DNA of 61,148 nucleotides from Alphaproteobacteria bacterium UBA3637 (GCA_002373615.1 DFKU01000050.1:1-61148), one strand, 5' to 3'. Shown: positions 27,008 to 36,153, counted from the stretch's first letter. Made by a program: numbers and translations. The notes: generated by a model from the sequence alone, not told the origin.

Positions 27008-28173
27008 AAAAACTGTTATTTGATATTGATTTTTTATTGGCTTCTTCCGGAAAGGAAACAGGTATTTGTCGGGTAGCTGTTCAGGTTTTACGTGAATTAT
27101 TTCAAAGCTCAGAATACGAAATTTACCCATTGATTACATGTCCCACAAAAATTGATCCTGTTAAATATCTAACCTCAAAAGGAATAAAAATCCCCCAAAA
27201 GAATATAGTCTATTTAAAGTATTTAAAGGCAACTTATGGCGGGTACAAAACAAAACACAGGATAGCGGCAAAAATTCTGAAATTATTGTGTGGTGCAAAG
27301 TATAAAAGAGAGTTAAAAAAATATGATGAATATATCAGTATTTTTTCACCCATTTCCCCTTTGGTTTTTGAAACTGGTCTCAAAACAAAGCTGTTTATCC
27401 ACGATATGGTCCCTATTAAATTTTCAAAGGCCTGTAATAAAAAATTTGTTCAAAAGTACACCTATTGGATGAAACACATAAAGGCTGATGAATTTATTTG
27501 TGTTTCAAAGCATACTCAAAAAGATTTCTTGGAATTTAGACCCGATATCCCAACGGAGAAAACAATGGTCGTTTATTTGGCGGCTGATGAACGCTTTAAG
27601 CCGACACATGATGCACAAATTAAATCTAAATATGGCATTAAAACACCTCGCTATTTTCTGGGGGTTTCTGATCATAATCCACGCAAAAACTTTTCGCATC
27701 TGATTCAATCTTTTATTGAATTTATCAAAAAAGAAAAAATCCATGATATTTCTTTAGTTTTGGTGGGACCCAAAAAACATTTTAGTGAGATTGAAAGTTT
27801 GGTTGGTCATTTGACAGAACTAAAGGATAAGATTATTTTAACGGGATTTGTTCCTGATGAAGATTTGCCGGCACTTTATAGCGAGGCGGAACTTTTTATT
27901 TACCCCAGTTTATATGAAGGCTTTGGACTGCCTGTATTGGAAGCTATGCAATGCGGGACCCCCGTTTTAACAGGTGATAATACCTCTTTACCGGAAGTCG
28001 GGGGGGATGCGGTAGAGTATATTTCCGGAAAAGATATTTTGGAAACCGTTCAAAAAATGTTTGAGCTTCACCAGAATACCGCCAAGCGTCAAAAAATGGC
28101 TGCCGCAGGTTTGAAGCGGGCACAAAAGTTCAGCTGGACCCAAACGGTTGATCAAATTTTTAGATTAAAATGA
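27004..28173 (+). CDS. GT4-family glycosyltransferase
   Basis: EGFGLPVLEAMQCGTPVLTGDNTSLPEVGGDA (Glycos_transf_1 signature). Confidence 0.85.
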   Translation: MKKLLFDIDFLLASSGKETGICRVAVQVLRELFQSSEYEIYPLITCPTKIDPVKYLTSKGIKIPQKNIVYLKYLKATYGGYKTKHRIAAKILKLLCGAKYKRELKKYDEYISIFSPISPLVFETGLKTKLFIHDMVPIKFSKACNKKFVQKYTYWMKHIKADEFICVSKHTQKDFLEFRPDIPTEKTMVVYLAADERFKPTHDAQIKSKYGIKTPRYFLGVSDHNPRKNFSHLIQSFIEFIKKEKIHDISLVLVGPKKHFSEIESLVGHLTELKDKIILTGFVPDEDLPALYSEAELFIYPSLYEGFGLPVLEAMQCGTPVLTGDNTSLPEVGGDAVEYISGKDILETVQKMFELHQNTAKRQKMAAAGLKRAQKFSWTQTVDQIFRLK

Positions 28174-28185
28174 AAGAGGAATATA

Positions 28186-29457
28186 ATGAAATTGATGTTT
28201 GATGCAACAATTTTAGCAAGTGGTTCAGAAAAAAGCGCAGGGCGTAGTGGTATTTTTTTTACGGCGTATCAAATTTTTAACGAATTAAAACGAAATAAAA
28301 ATATAGATTTAATTTTTTATTGTCCGCCCACACAACAAATGTCTTTAAAAAAAACAAAAGAATTTCAAGATGTCCCCCTTTATCCTAAAGTGACATTATT
28401 TGACAAGTGGTATGGCTTTTTACGGCATAAAAAAAGGTCTTTTAAGATAAATCATAAGATGACTTTGAAAATACTTTGCCATTATGTTTTATTTTTTGAA
28501 AGTTGTCTTTTTTATATTCCCAATAAAATTATTAAAAAAATGCAACCGGATCCATCCCAATTAAATTTAGATGCTTTTTTTTCTCCGTGTAGGGCCATTC
28601 CGCCAGAAATCAATGCGTTAAACATTAAAAAATACATTTTATTACATGATACAATTCCATTGATTGTTCCCCAATATTTTAAAGATATGCAAAATAATGG
28701 GAGTTGGTTTTTGAAATTAATTCATTTTATAAAAGCGAACAAAGGAATACATTATTTTGCAAATTCAGGGTATACAAAATCTGATTTTTTAAAATATGTG
28801 CCAGAATTAACCTCAGAACAAATAACGGTAACACCTCTGGCTTGCTCTGATTCTTTTCATCCGTGTTCCAGGGAACAAACAATTAAATCCCTCAAAAAAT
28901 ACAATTTGCCGACAGATAAAAAATATGTCTTTTCTCTCTGTTCTTTGGAGCCAAGAAAAAATTTGATTCGTGCTGTTAAAACTTTTATTGAATTTATTCA
29001 GAAAAATAAAATTGATGATATGGTATTTGTTTTGGGCGGAGGCTACTGGGAGGATTTTATAAATAAATTGAGCACTGAAATTGCAGGGCTGGGTGATTAT
29101 AAAGACAAAATTATCAAGGCCGGCTATATTGATGATGAAGATTTGGCCCCGCTTTACAGTGGTGCTGAATGGTTCGTCTATACCAGTCAGTACGAGGGCT
29201 TTGGCTTGCCCCCCTTGGAAGCAATGGCCTGTGGTTGTCCGGTAATAACCAGTAACAATTCCAGTTTGCCTGAGGTGGTTGGGGATGCCGGTCTTATGAT
29301 TGATTGGGATTCCGATGAACAACATATCAAGGCGTATGAAGATTATTATTTTCACCCAGAATTACGAGAACAGAATCGCCCAAAAGGGCTTGTTAGGGCC
29401 AAAGAATTTTCTTGGGAAAAGACTGTCAATTTAATCGTAAAGGAAATGATGAAATGA
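28186..29457 (+). CDS. GT4-family glycosyltransferase
   Basis: [32 protein letters not shown]. Confidence 0.85.
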   Translation: MKLMFDATILASGSEKSAGRSGIFFTAYQIFNELKRNKNIDLIFYCPPTQQMSLKKTKEFQDVPLYPKVTLFDKWYGFLRHKKRSFKINHKMTLKILCHYVLFFESCLFYIPNKIIKKMQPDPSQLNLDAFFSPCRAIPPEINALNIKKYILLHDTIPLIVPQYFKDMQNNGSWFLKLIHFIKANKGIHYFANSGYTKSDFLKYVPELTSEQITVTPLACSDSFHPCSREQTIKSLKKYNLPTDKKYVFSLCSLEPRKNLIRAVKTFIEFIQKNKIDDMVFVLGGGYWEDFINKLSTEIAGLGDYKDKIIKAGYIDDEDLAPLYSGAEWFVYTSQYEGFGLPPLEAMACGCPVITSNNSSLPEVVGDAGLMIDWDSDEQHIKAYEDYYFHPELREQNRPKGLVRAKEFSWEKTVNLIVKEMMK

Positions 29458-30974
29458 ATAATATTCTACACAAAAAACTGTTAAGAACTTATGGAGAGTA
29501 TTCTTCTCCTGAAATTTTTTCTTTTCACACATGGACGCAACCAAAGGTTTCATTGATTATCCCCGTCTATAATAAATATGAAATGACGAAAGATTGTTTA
29601 TGGTCTATCCTACAACATACAAAAGATGTTTCATATGAAGTCATTATCGCTGATGATTGTTCAACTGATGAAACGAAAAATATAGAAAATAAAATTACAG
29701 GAATTAAACATATTAGGACAAAGGAAAATTCCGGCTTTGGCGCAAATTGCACGAATGCAATTCAGTATGCTGAAGGAAAGTATATTGCCCTTTTAAATAA
29801 TGATATGCTATTTTATGATAATTGGCTGAAACCAATTATTGATACGTTGGAAAATGATTCCACTATTGGAGCCGCTGGCGGAACATTGATTAATCCGAAT
29901 GGAAAAGTCAGCGAGCTGGGGGGACTTATTTGGGGTGAAAGTAAAGCTATTCGTATTGGTAGAGATTGTACTTATTCTCCAAAATTAAAAAAACTTAATA
30001 CCGATTTTGATTATAAAAGTGGTTGTTGTTTAGTTTTAGAAAAAACTTTGTGGGATAAGGTGGGAGGCTTTGATCCAGCATTCAATCCTGCCTATTATGA
30101 AGATACAGATTTATGTTTTAAAATCCGTGAATTAGGTTTTAGAATCGTCAATGTTTTTGAATCACAAATCATTCATTTTGAAACGGTAAGCTATGGCGAT
30201 AAAGAATTTGAATTATCCGAAATTTGTCGACGCAATGGAAAATACTTTTTTAGAAAATGGCAAAAATTACTTAATAATCCCGACCGTATCAAAAAAATTG
30301 AAAAACGTGTGACGGAATATCAAAAGTATCAACAGAAAGAAATTTCTCATAGACTTTATTATAAGGAAAAATTACCAAATGGCAGACGAAATATTTATGT
30401 GTGTGGTCTTAAGGTATTTAGTTATAAAAAGAAAAGAAAAATGCAAGAATACGAAATATCTGAGGAGGTCATTTTAAAAGGGAATAACCAAGTATTTAAG
30501 GAAGCCTCGGTTAAAACTCAATTTCCAAATAGTATTGTTATCGGTAAGGGAACTCGTATTGGTCAAGATGTGACAATCAGTAATTATGAAAAAAACGGAC
30601 TTATAAAAATAGGTGAAAATTGTCAAATTGGCTGGAACAATAACTATTATGGACAAGGTGGCATTGAAATTGGAAATAATGTCTTGACAGCTTCATTTGT
30701 TTGCATTTTAACCAGTAATCATGGCTGGCAAGAAGTTGATCTGCCGATTATGGATCAACCCAGTACTTATAAAAAAGTCGTTATAGGAGACGATTGTTGG
30801 ATCGGCTATAACGTTATTATTTTAGCTGGGGTTCATATTGGTAAGCATGTGACTGTGGGCGCTGGCTCTGTTGTCACAAAAGATTTACCTGACTATTCTA
30901 TTTGTGCGGGCAATCCTTGCCGTGTCATAAAGAAATATAATTTTAACACAAAAAAGTGGGAGAAAGTATCATGA
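29454..30974 (+). CDS. Fusion of a GT2 glycosyltransferase and a hexapeptide-repeat acetyltransferase
   Basis: The ATG at 29454 overlaps the upstream TGA. The N-terminal half has VSLIIPVYNK...IIADDCSTDET...YEDTDLC (GT2). The C-terminal ~177 aa carry left-handed beta-helix repeats (IGDDCWIGYNVIILAGVHIGKHVTVGAGSVV). The junction peptide NIYVCGLKVFSYKKKRK sits between the two halves. Confidence 0.8.
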   Translation: MNNILHKKLLRTYGEYSSPEIFSFHTWTQPKVSLIIPVYNKYEMTKDCLWSILQHTKDVSYEVIIADDCSTDETKNIENKITGIKHIRTKENSGFGANCTNAIQYAEGKYIALLNNDMLFYDNWLKPIIDTLENDSTIGAAGGTLINPNGKVSELGGLIWGESKAIRIGRDCTYSPKLKKLNTDFDYKSGCCLVLEKTLWDKVGGFDPAFNPAYYEDTDLCFKIRELGFRIVNVFESQIIHFETVSYGDKEFELSEICRRNGKYFFRKWQKLLNNPDRIKKIEKRVTEYQKYQQKEISHRLYYKEKLPNGRRNIYVCGLKVFSYKKKRKMQEYEISEEVILKGNNQVFKEASVKTQFPNSIVIGKGTRIGQDVTISNYEKNGLIKIGENCQIGWNNNYYGQGGIEIGNNVLTASFVCILTSNHGWQEVDLPIMDQPSTYKKVVIGDDCWIGYNVIILAGVHIGKHVTVGAGSVVTKDLPDYSICAGNPCRVIKKYNFNTKKWEKVS

Positions 30975-31942
30975 TTTACGATTGTTTTACCTTTTTTAAT
31001 GAATTGGATTTATTGGAAATCCGACTGAATATCTTAAATGATGTGGTGGATAAATTTGTTTTAGTGGAAATGAACAGAACCTTCTCTGGGAAAAACAAAC
31101 CTTTGTACTATGAAGAAAACAAAGAACGTTTTTCAAAATTTCAAGATAAAATTATCCATGTTATTGTAACAGATTGTCCAGAATCAAAGGATAGTTGGAT
31201 ATCCGAAAATTACCAACGAAATTGCATCGCCCGAGGTCTCAAAAATTGTCAACCAGATGACGTTATTTTGATTTCTGATTTAGATGAGATCCCAAATCCG
31301 GGCTTAATCAAAAACTTGGATTGTTCACAAAAAATCTATCTATTGGAACAAAAAATGTACTATTATTTCATAAATTATTTAGATATTTACTCTCCATTAT
31401 GGCTCACAGGAACAAAAGTTTTGTCCTATCAAAATTTCTTACATGGGTTAGACCAAGTGAAAATCTCTTATTCCACTTTCCTGCCAGAAAGTTTAAATCA
31501 CGGGACTACAGCAAACAAAATTCGCTTATGGGATGGTGCAGAACATATTCAAAATGGAGGGTGGCATTTTTCATATTTAGGCGGAGTTGAGGCTATTGTC
31601 AAAAAGATTCAATCCTTTTCTCATCAAGAATTTAACACACCAACATATCTTGATAAGAACTTAATTTTAAAACGTATTCAAAATGGTGATGATTTATTTA
31701 ATAGGAAAGATCATAGATACTGGCCGGTTTATTTAGATCATACTTTCCCGCAATATATCTTAGATAATCAGGATAAATACAAAAAATTAATTTTTGAAAT
31801 TTCACCAAGACAACTTCTTTTAAGACGTATAAAATTGGTATTGAAGTCCATTTTAGCGTTTTTATACCATAAAGAAGAATCTATTGGACATCAAAAATTT
31901 TATCTGTTTGGAATCAAAATTTTGTCATATAAAAGGAAATAA
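30971..31942 (+). CDS. GT17-like (GnT-III-like) glycosyltransferase
   Basis: MIYDCFTFFNELDLLEIRLNILNDVVDKFVLVE...ISDLDEIPNP resembles Glyco_transf_17. ATGA start overlap. Confidence 0.6.
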   Translation: MIYDCFTFFNELDLLEIRLNILNDVVDKFVLVEMNRTFSGKNKPLYYEENKERFSKFQDKIIHVIVTDCPESKDSWISENYQRNCIARGLKNCQPDDVILISDLDEIPNPGLIKNLDCSQKIYLLEQKMYYYFINYLDIYSPLWLTGTKVLSYQNFLHGLDQVKISYSTFLPESLNHGTTANKIRLWDGAEHIQNGGWHFSYLGGVEAIVKKIQSFSHQEFNTPTYLDKNLILKRIQNGDDLFNRKDHRYWPVYLDHTFPQYILDNQDKYKKLIFEISPRQLLLRRIKLVLKSILAFLYHKEESIGHQKFYLFGIKILSYKRK

Positions 31943-31943
31943 A

Positions 31944-32849
31944 ATGTCATTTTTAAAAACACTTTATTCACGCAAAAAACTGTCTGATGGTCGTGTCAAA
32001 CAGAAAATATTCGGGATCTCCTTTAAATATCGCCCCAAAGATGGCCCTTATCCACCCGTAAAACATCCTAAATTAGGTGTTTCATACAGCGTATGGGACG
32101 GCGAAGAATTATTGGAAGGAGCCATTCGGTCTATCAGACCTGCTGTCGATTATGTCAATGTGGTATGGCAACGTTTATCGTGGCACGGAAAAGAATGTCA
32201 TCCTGATTTGGAAAAGTTATTGATTGACTTGAAAAACAAAGGATTGATTGATGAAATCATTTTCTTTGATTGTGATCCAAGCATAAATTCAAATGTGAAT
32301 GAATGTGCCAAGCGTAATTTGGGATTAGAGGCGGCCAGACAGGCAGAATGTACCCATTTTATGACCTTAGATACTGATGAATATTGGGATTTAGAGCAAT
32401 TTAAAATTGCCAAACAATATGTGTATGATAAAAACATTTCCCATTCTGCCTGTCCACATGTTTTATATCGAACACCGACTGTTAGACATTTAGACTATGC
32501 TGATTTTTTTATATCCTTTATTTATCGTATTGACCACGGTGAAAAATTTGTTAATGGATGTTTTGCAGATGAACTGCCTTGGCGCATGGATCCAACGCGA
32601 GAAATTCCTATAACCAAAAGAAGTCGTGTTTGTTTTTTGCACAATATTCTTTGTCATCATTACAGTTATGTCAGAAAAGATCTGATTAAAAAAATCAAAA
32701 ACACAGCCGCCAACCATAATGCCGAAGAAGAACAAAAATATCTAAACGAGTGGACATGCTCTGATACCCAGATGCAAGAACGTTTGAACTCGGGATATTA
32801 TGTCCCTGTTCCCAATCGCTTTCACATCAATATAGGAGAAGAAAAATGA
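31944..32849 (+). CDS. Putative GT-A-type glycosyltransferase
   Basis: Operon context and the DxD-like TLDTDEY. The family is not recognised. The ATG at 31944 has RBS AAAAGGAAA. Confidence 0.4.
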   Translation: MSFLKTLYSRKKLSDGRVKQKIFGISFKYRPKDGPYPPVKHPKLGVSYSVWDGEELLEGAIRSIRPAVDYVNVVWQRLSWHGKECHPDLEKLLIDLKNKGLIDEIIFFDCDPSINSNVNECAKRNLGLEAARQAECTHFMTLDTDEYWDLEQFKIAKQYVYDKNISHSACPHVLYRTPTVRHLDYADFFISFIYRIDHGEKFVNGCFADELPWRMDPTREIPITKRSRVCFLHNILCHHYSYVRKDLIKKIKNTAANHNAEEEQKYLNEWTCSDTQMQERLNSGYYVPVPNRFHINIGEEK

Positions 32850-33613
32850 CTCAGACACCACTATTGTCTATTGTTACAATTTGTTTCAATAATAGGGATG
32901 ATATAGAGCGCACCTGTAAAAGTATCGCTAGGCAAACATGGCATGATTTTGAATGGATTGTTATAGATGGTGCCTCAACTGATGGAACTTTAGAAATTCT
33001 AAAAAAATATGAAAAATTTATTGATGTTTTAATTTCAGAACCTGATACGGGACGATATAATGCAATGAATAAAGGCGTTTTAAGATCCAAAGGAAAGTGG
33101 TTAAACTTTATGAATGGTGGAGATGCTTTTCATCATCCAAATGTACTTCAAAACCTATCAGAATTTTTAAAAAATGATGAAGCTGATATTTTATACGGAA
33201 ATATGAATTTTATTACCAATAAAAAAGAACATCAAATTGTTACCTATCCTTTGAATATCACTGATCCCAATTATTTCTATGATGGCTGCATCTCTCACCA
33301 ATCCAGTTTTATCAAAAGATCATTATTTCAACAGTATGGTTTATATAATGAAAATTATAAGATTGTCAGTGATTGGGAAAAGTGGATAGTTTTTTCTTTA
33401 TTGAAGTGCAAATTTCGCCATATTAACCTTACCGTTGCAGATTTCTATGATGGTGGGATAGGATCATCTCCCTCTCCCGCACACATAAAAGAAAGAGAAA
33501 CGGTTCAACAAAGATATGGACTATCCCTCTCCATTCAAAACCAGAAATCTATAAATATAAAATATTATTTATTTGGATTTATCCCTATTTTAAAAATAAA
33601 GGAGCAAAAATGA
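32846..33613 (+). CDS. GT2-family glycosyltransferase
   Basis: LSIVTICFNNRDDIERTCKSIARQTWHDFEWIVIDGASTDGT. ATGA start overlap. Confidence 0.85.
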   Translation: MTQTPLLSIVTICFNNRDDIERTCKSIARQTWHDFEWIVIDGASTDGTLEILKKYEKFIDVLISEPDTGRYNAMNKGVLRSKGKWLNFMNGGDAFHHPNVLQNLSEFLKNDEADILYGNMNFITNKKEHQIVTYPLNITDPNYFYDGCISHQSSFIKRSLFQQYGLYNENYKIVSDWEKWIVFSLLKCKFRHINLTVADFYDGGIGSSPSPAHIKERETVQQRYGLSLSIQNQKSINIKYYLFGFIPILKIKEQK

Positions 33614-33804
33614 GTAAGATAAAATTGAAATTATTTTTTATCATTCCAATTTATGAGATAAAGGAGTCCTCAAACCGAAAAATTTGGAAAATTTTGGGTA
33701 TTCCGTTTCTAAAAAAGAAAATAAACAACAGGGGAACAAAAATTATCTATAAATTTTTAGGAATTCCTGTTTTAAAAATTAAAAGGAAATATCGCTATGA
33801 ATGA
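33610..33804 (+). CDS. 64-aa ORF made only of three copies of the GT 'junction' peptide
   Basis: KIKLKLFFIIPIYEIKE / KIWKILGIPFLKKK / KIIYKFLGIPVLKIKRK. It is coupled at both ends (ATGA at 33610, ATGAATGA at 33797-33804). Confidence 0.4.
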   Translation: MSKIKLKLFFIIPIYEIKESSNRKIWKILGIPFLKKKINNRGTKIIYKFLGIPVLKIKRKYRYE

Positions 33805-34684
33805 AAAAATTCCTTTAATCTGTGCAACGGATGAAAATTACGCACCCTTTGCATCTATAATGATGAAATCCGTTTTAATGCACACAAAATCTTTTATTGA
33901 TTTTTATGTATTGGATGGAGGAATAAAAGATAAAACAAAAAAATTGATTCAGGAAGATTTGAAGAAATATTCAAACCATGAATTACATTTTGTTGACATG
34001 TCTAAATTTAATTTATCCAAATTTCCATCTATACATCACTATTCAGTGAACGCTTTTTCCAGATATTTTATTCCTCTGATTCTACATGATTATAAAAAAG
34101 TATTGTACATGGATGTAGATATTATTGTAAGACGTGATATTACAGAATTATATCAACAAAATATGGATAATTTCCCAATTGCTGCTGTTTTAGAGGATTT
34201 TTACGAAGGAAATTATACTTATCTAAAACAATATATTTGGCCAAAATATACAGCGGGGGATCGTTATTTCAATAGTGGTGTTTTATTGATGGATATTCAG
34301 AAATTAAATAAAATGAACTTTACAGAAAAAGCTATTCAATTAACTTGTCAGATATATGATCGATTAAACACGGCAGATCAAGATATCTTTAACATTTTAT
34401 TTGAAAATAACTTTAAAATATTGGATTATCGGTTTAATTATATGCCAGATCATATCACTTTTTTGAAAGAGAAACACCCGGAAATAACATCTATAAACCC
34501 GGTTGTTCTTCATTATACAGCTCGAAAACCATGGAAGGCAAAAAGTTGTGCCTCTGAAGATTTTGAAAAGGTTTTAAATCAAAGCGTCTTTATGGAAAAA
34601 GTCGTATCTAAATATAAGACGTATGAATGTCTAACATATTATTTATTTGGATTTATCCCGTTTTTAAAAAAATATAAAATATAA
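33797..34684 (+). CDS. GT8-family glycosyltransferase (LPS/LOS glycosyltransferase type)
   Basis: ATDENYAPFASIMMKSV, MDVDIIV (DxD), NSGVLLMD, DQDIFN. Confidence 0.85.
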   Translation: MNEKIPLICATDENYAPFASIMMKSVLMHTKSFIDFYVLDGGIKDKTKKLIQEDLKKYSNHELHFVDMSKFNLSKFPSIHHYSVNAFSRYFIPLILHDYKKVLYMDVDIIVRRDITELYQQNMDNFPIAAVLEDFYEGNYTYLKQYIWPKYTAGDRYFNSGVLLMDIQKLNKMNFTEKAIQLTCQIYDRLNTADQDIFNILFENNFKILDYRFNYMPDHITFLKEKHPEITSINPVVLHYTARKPWKAKSCASEDFEKVLNQSVFMEKVVSKYKTYECLTYYLFGFIPFLKKYKI

Positions 34685-34699
34685 AATTGATATTATTAA

Positions 34700-34721
34700 G
34701 GGGAGCGATTTTCACTCCCCC
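34700..34721. terminator. Hairpin between the convergent GT8 and tail-fibre-associated genes
   Basis: GGGGAG-CGATTTTCA-CTCCCC. Confidence 0.55.
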
Positions 34722-34727
34722 ATTTAA

Positions 34728-35021
34728 TTATTCCTTGGGATACTTAGCTTTAATTTCGGCAATTTTTTGTTGCCATAGATTTGTGTTATTTACCTTATCC
34801 CAGTAAATCATATCTAATTGTTCAGCAATGACTGGATATTCAGCCAAACGTTTTTCTGCGTAGGTCGGCTCTGGTTTTATTGGGGTATATCCAGCAACAT
34901 ACCAAGCCCCATTATAGGCTTGTTCCACTTCCATTTGTGTAAAACCAGATGGAACATAATTTCCCAAAGCAACATCACATTGTTTTGTTGCATCATTTGT
35001 TATTTTGGCATACTTAAGCAT
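34728..35021 (-). CDS. Small phage-type protein downstream of the tail fibre (possible assembly or accessory protein)
   Basis: 97 aa. It overlaps the tail-fibre stop by 8 nt. The call rests on position only. Confidence 0.35.
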   Translation of the reverse strand: MLKYAKITNDATKQCDVALGNYVPSGFTQMEVEQAYNGAWYVAGYTPIKPEPTYAEKRLAEYPVIAEQLDMIYWDKVNNTNLWQQKIAEIKAKYPKE

Positions 35022-36027
35022 TTTGGGCTCCTTTCACCGGATAAAAAATCATAGAAAAGTAAGATGTTGTCTGAGTTGCTTGATAAAACATATCTTTTGG
35101 AATAGGAAAAAGCTTTGTTTCATTATTTGAACAGTTAAAATAATCTCCTGCCACTTCCGTTGGATTAGACATATCATTGTTAGCTGAATAATTTAAGACA
35201 AATGTAGCGGTTGAACCATTTCCTTGTCCTCGGATTGAAATCCAGCCATCTGATTCGGCTTGGTAAATTGTATCCAAAGATTTACTGACACCAGATGAAA
35301 AGTCCGGCATACTCAACGCTATAACGGCCTCTTTACCACCAGTAGAAAGGTTATCCATATCTTTATTAGCCTTTGAGGTAAGTATAGCTGTGGCTTCAGC
35401 TGCTTTTTCTGTGGCAATTTGAGCTTTTGTGGTGGCGATATCCGCTTTATCTGAGGCAATGGTTGCTTTTGTCGTGGCTGTACTGGCGGCGGATTCGGCG
35501 GCTGTTTTATATCCATTTAACGTACTTTCCAAAGCGTTTACCTCAACTGTTGAGTTTTCCAAGTTTGTTCCATCGGCATTCCATACGATGGCTTTTCCCG
35601 CACTGGGGCTTGGCAGGGTTAAATCCAAATCATTGTCGGTTGCATAAGGGGGCAAGACCATAGAGCGGTTTAAATTTTCCGCAATCTGTTGCTGGCAAGC
35701 TATTTGATAATCCAATTCGTCGTTCAGGACTTTTGCTCGAAGGGTCGAACCTTCTTGAAAATCAGATGTCCGTTCAATGGATAAGTTGCGTACGATAGTA
35801 ATAATTATCCCTGATTCTGGGGCTGATTCAAAGGCTACAGAGCCACCATCAGAATGACGTGCCTCTGAGACCGTATAAGTAGAGGTGTCTTGTTTTGTAT
35901 CCCCAAAATAAACCTCTATATCTGTTGTTTTAAAAATAGCAAACGGGAACTCGTATTCTGTCGAAGTTCCGTCTGCCGTATATTGTATCCTTGGCTTAAT
36001 ACCATAGATTTTTACATGTTCTGTCAT
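35014..36027 (-). CDS. Phage tail-fibre protein (T7 gp17-like N-terminal domain)
   Basis: N-terminus ...IQYTADGTSTEYEFPFAIFKTTDIEVYFGD... and FQEGSTLRAKVLNDELDYQIACQQQIAENL fit the podovirus tail-fibre N-terminal signature. It also has a central Ala/Thr/Lys coiled coil and a distinct C-terminal domain. Confidence 0.6.
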   Translation of the reverse strand: MTEHVKIYGIKPRIQYTADGTSTEYEFPFAIFKTTDIEVYFGDTKQDTSTYTVSEARHSDGGSVAFESAPESGIIITIVRNLSIERTSDFQEGSTLRAKVLNDELDYQIACQQQIAENLNRSMVLPPYATDNDLDLTLPSPSAGKAIVWNADGTNLENSTVEVNALESTLNGYKTAAESAASTATTKATIASDKADIATTKAQIATEKAAEATAILTSKANKDMDNLSTGGKEAVIALSMPDFSSGVSKSLDTIYQAESDGWISIRGQGNGSTATFVLNYSANNDMSNPTEVAGDYFNCSNNETKLFPIPKDMFYQATQTTSYFSMIFYPVKGAQNA

Positions 36028-36083
36028 ATTGTCTCCTATTATAATAAAAGTAAAAAAAGCCCCTGTATAAGGGCCTTGGTTAA

Positions 36084-36153
36084 TAAAAAAACACTGGATA
36101 CACCAGTGCCATTAACCGAAGGAGAGTATAGCATAAATTACAAAAAAAGTCAA
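36084..36153 (-). promoter_or_regulatory. Near-consensus promoter followed after ~10 nt by an intrinsic terminator, upstream of the tail-fibre gene
   Basis: On the minus strand: TTGACT(36153-48)-17 nt-TATACT(36130-25), then CACTGG-TGTAT-CCAGTG (36108-36092) plus T7. A weaker second hairpin with T7 lies at 36077-36052. Confidence 0.45.
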
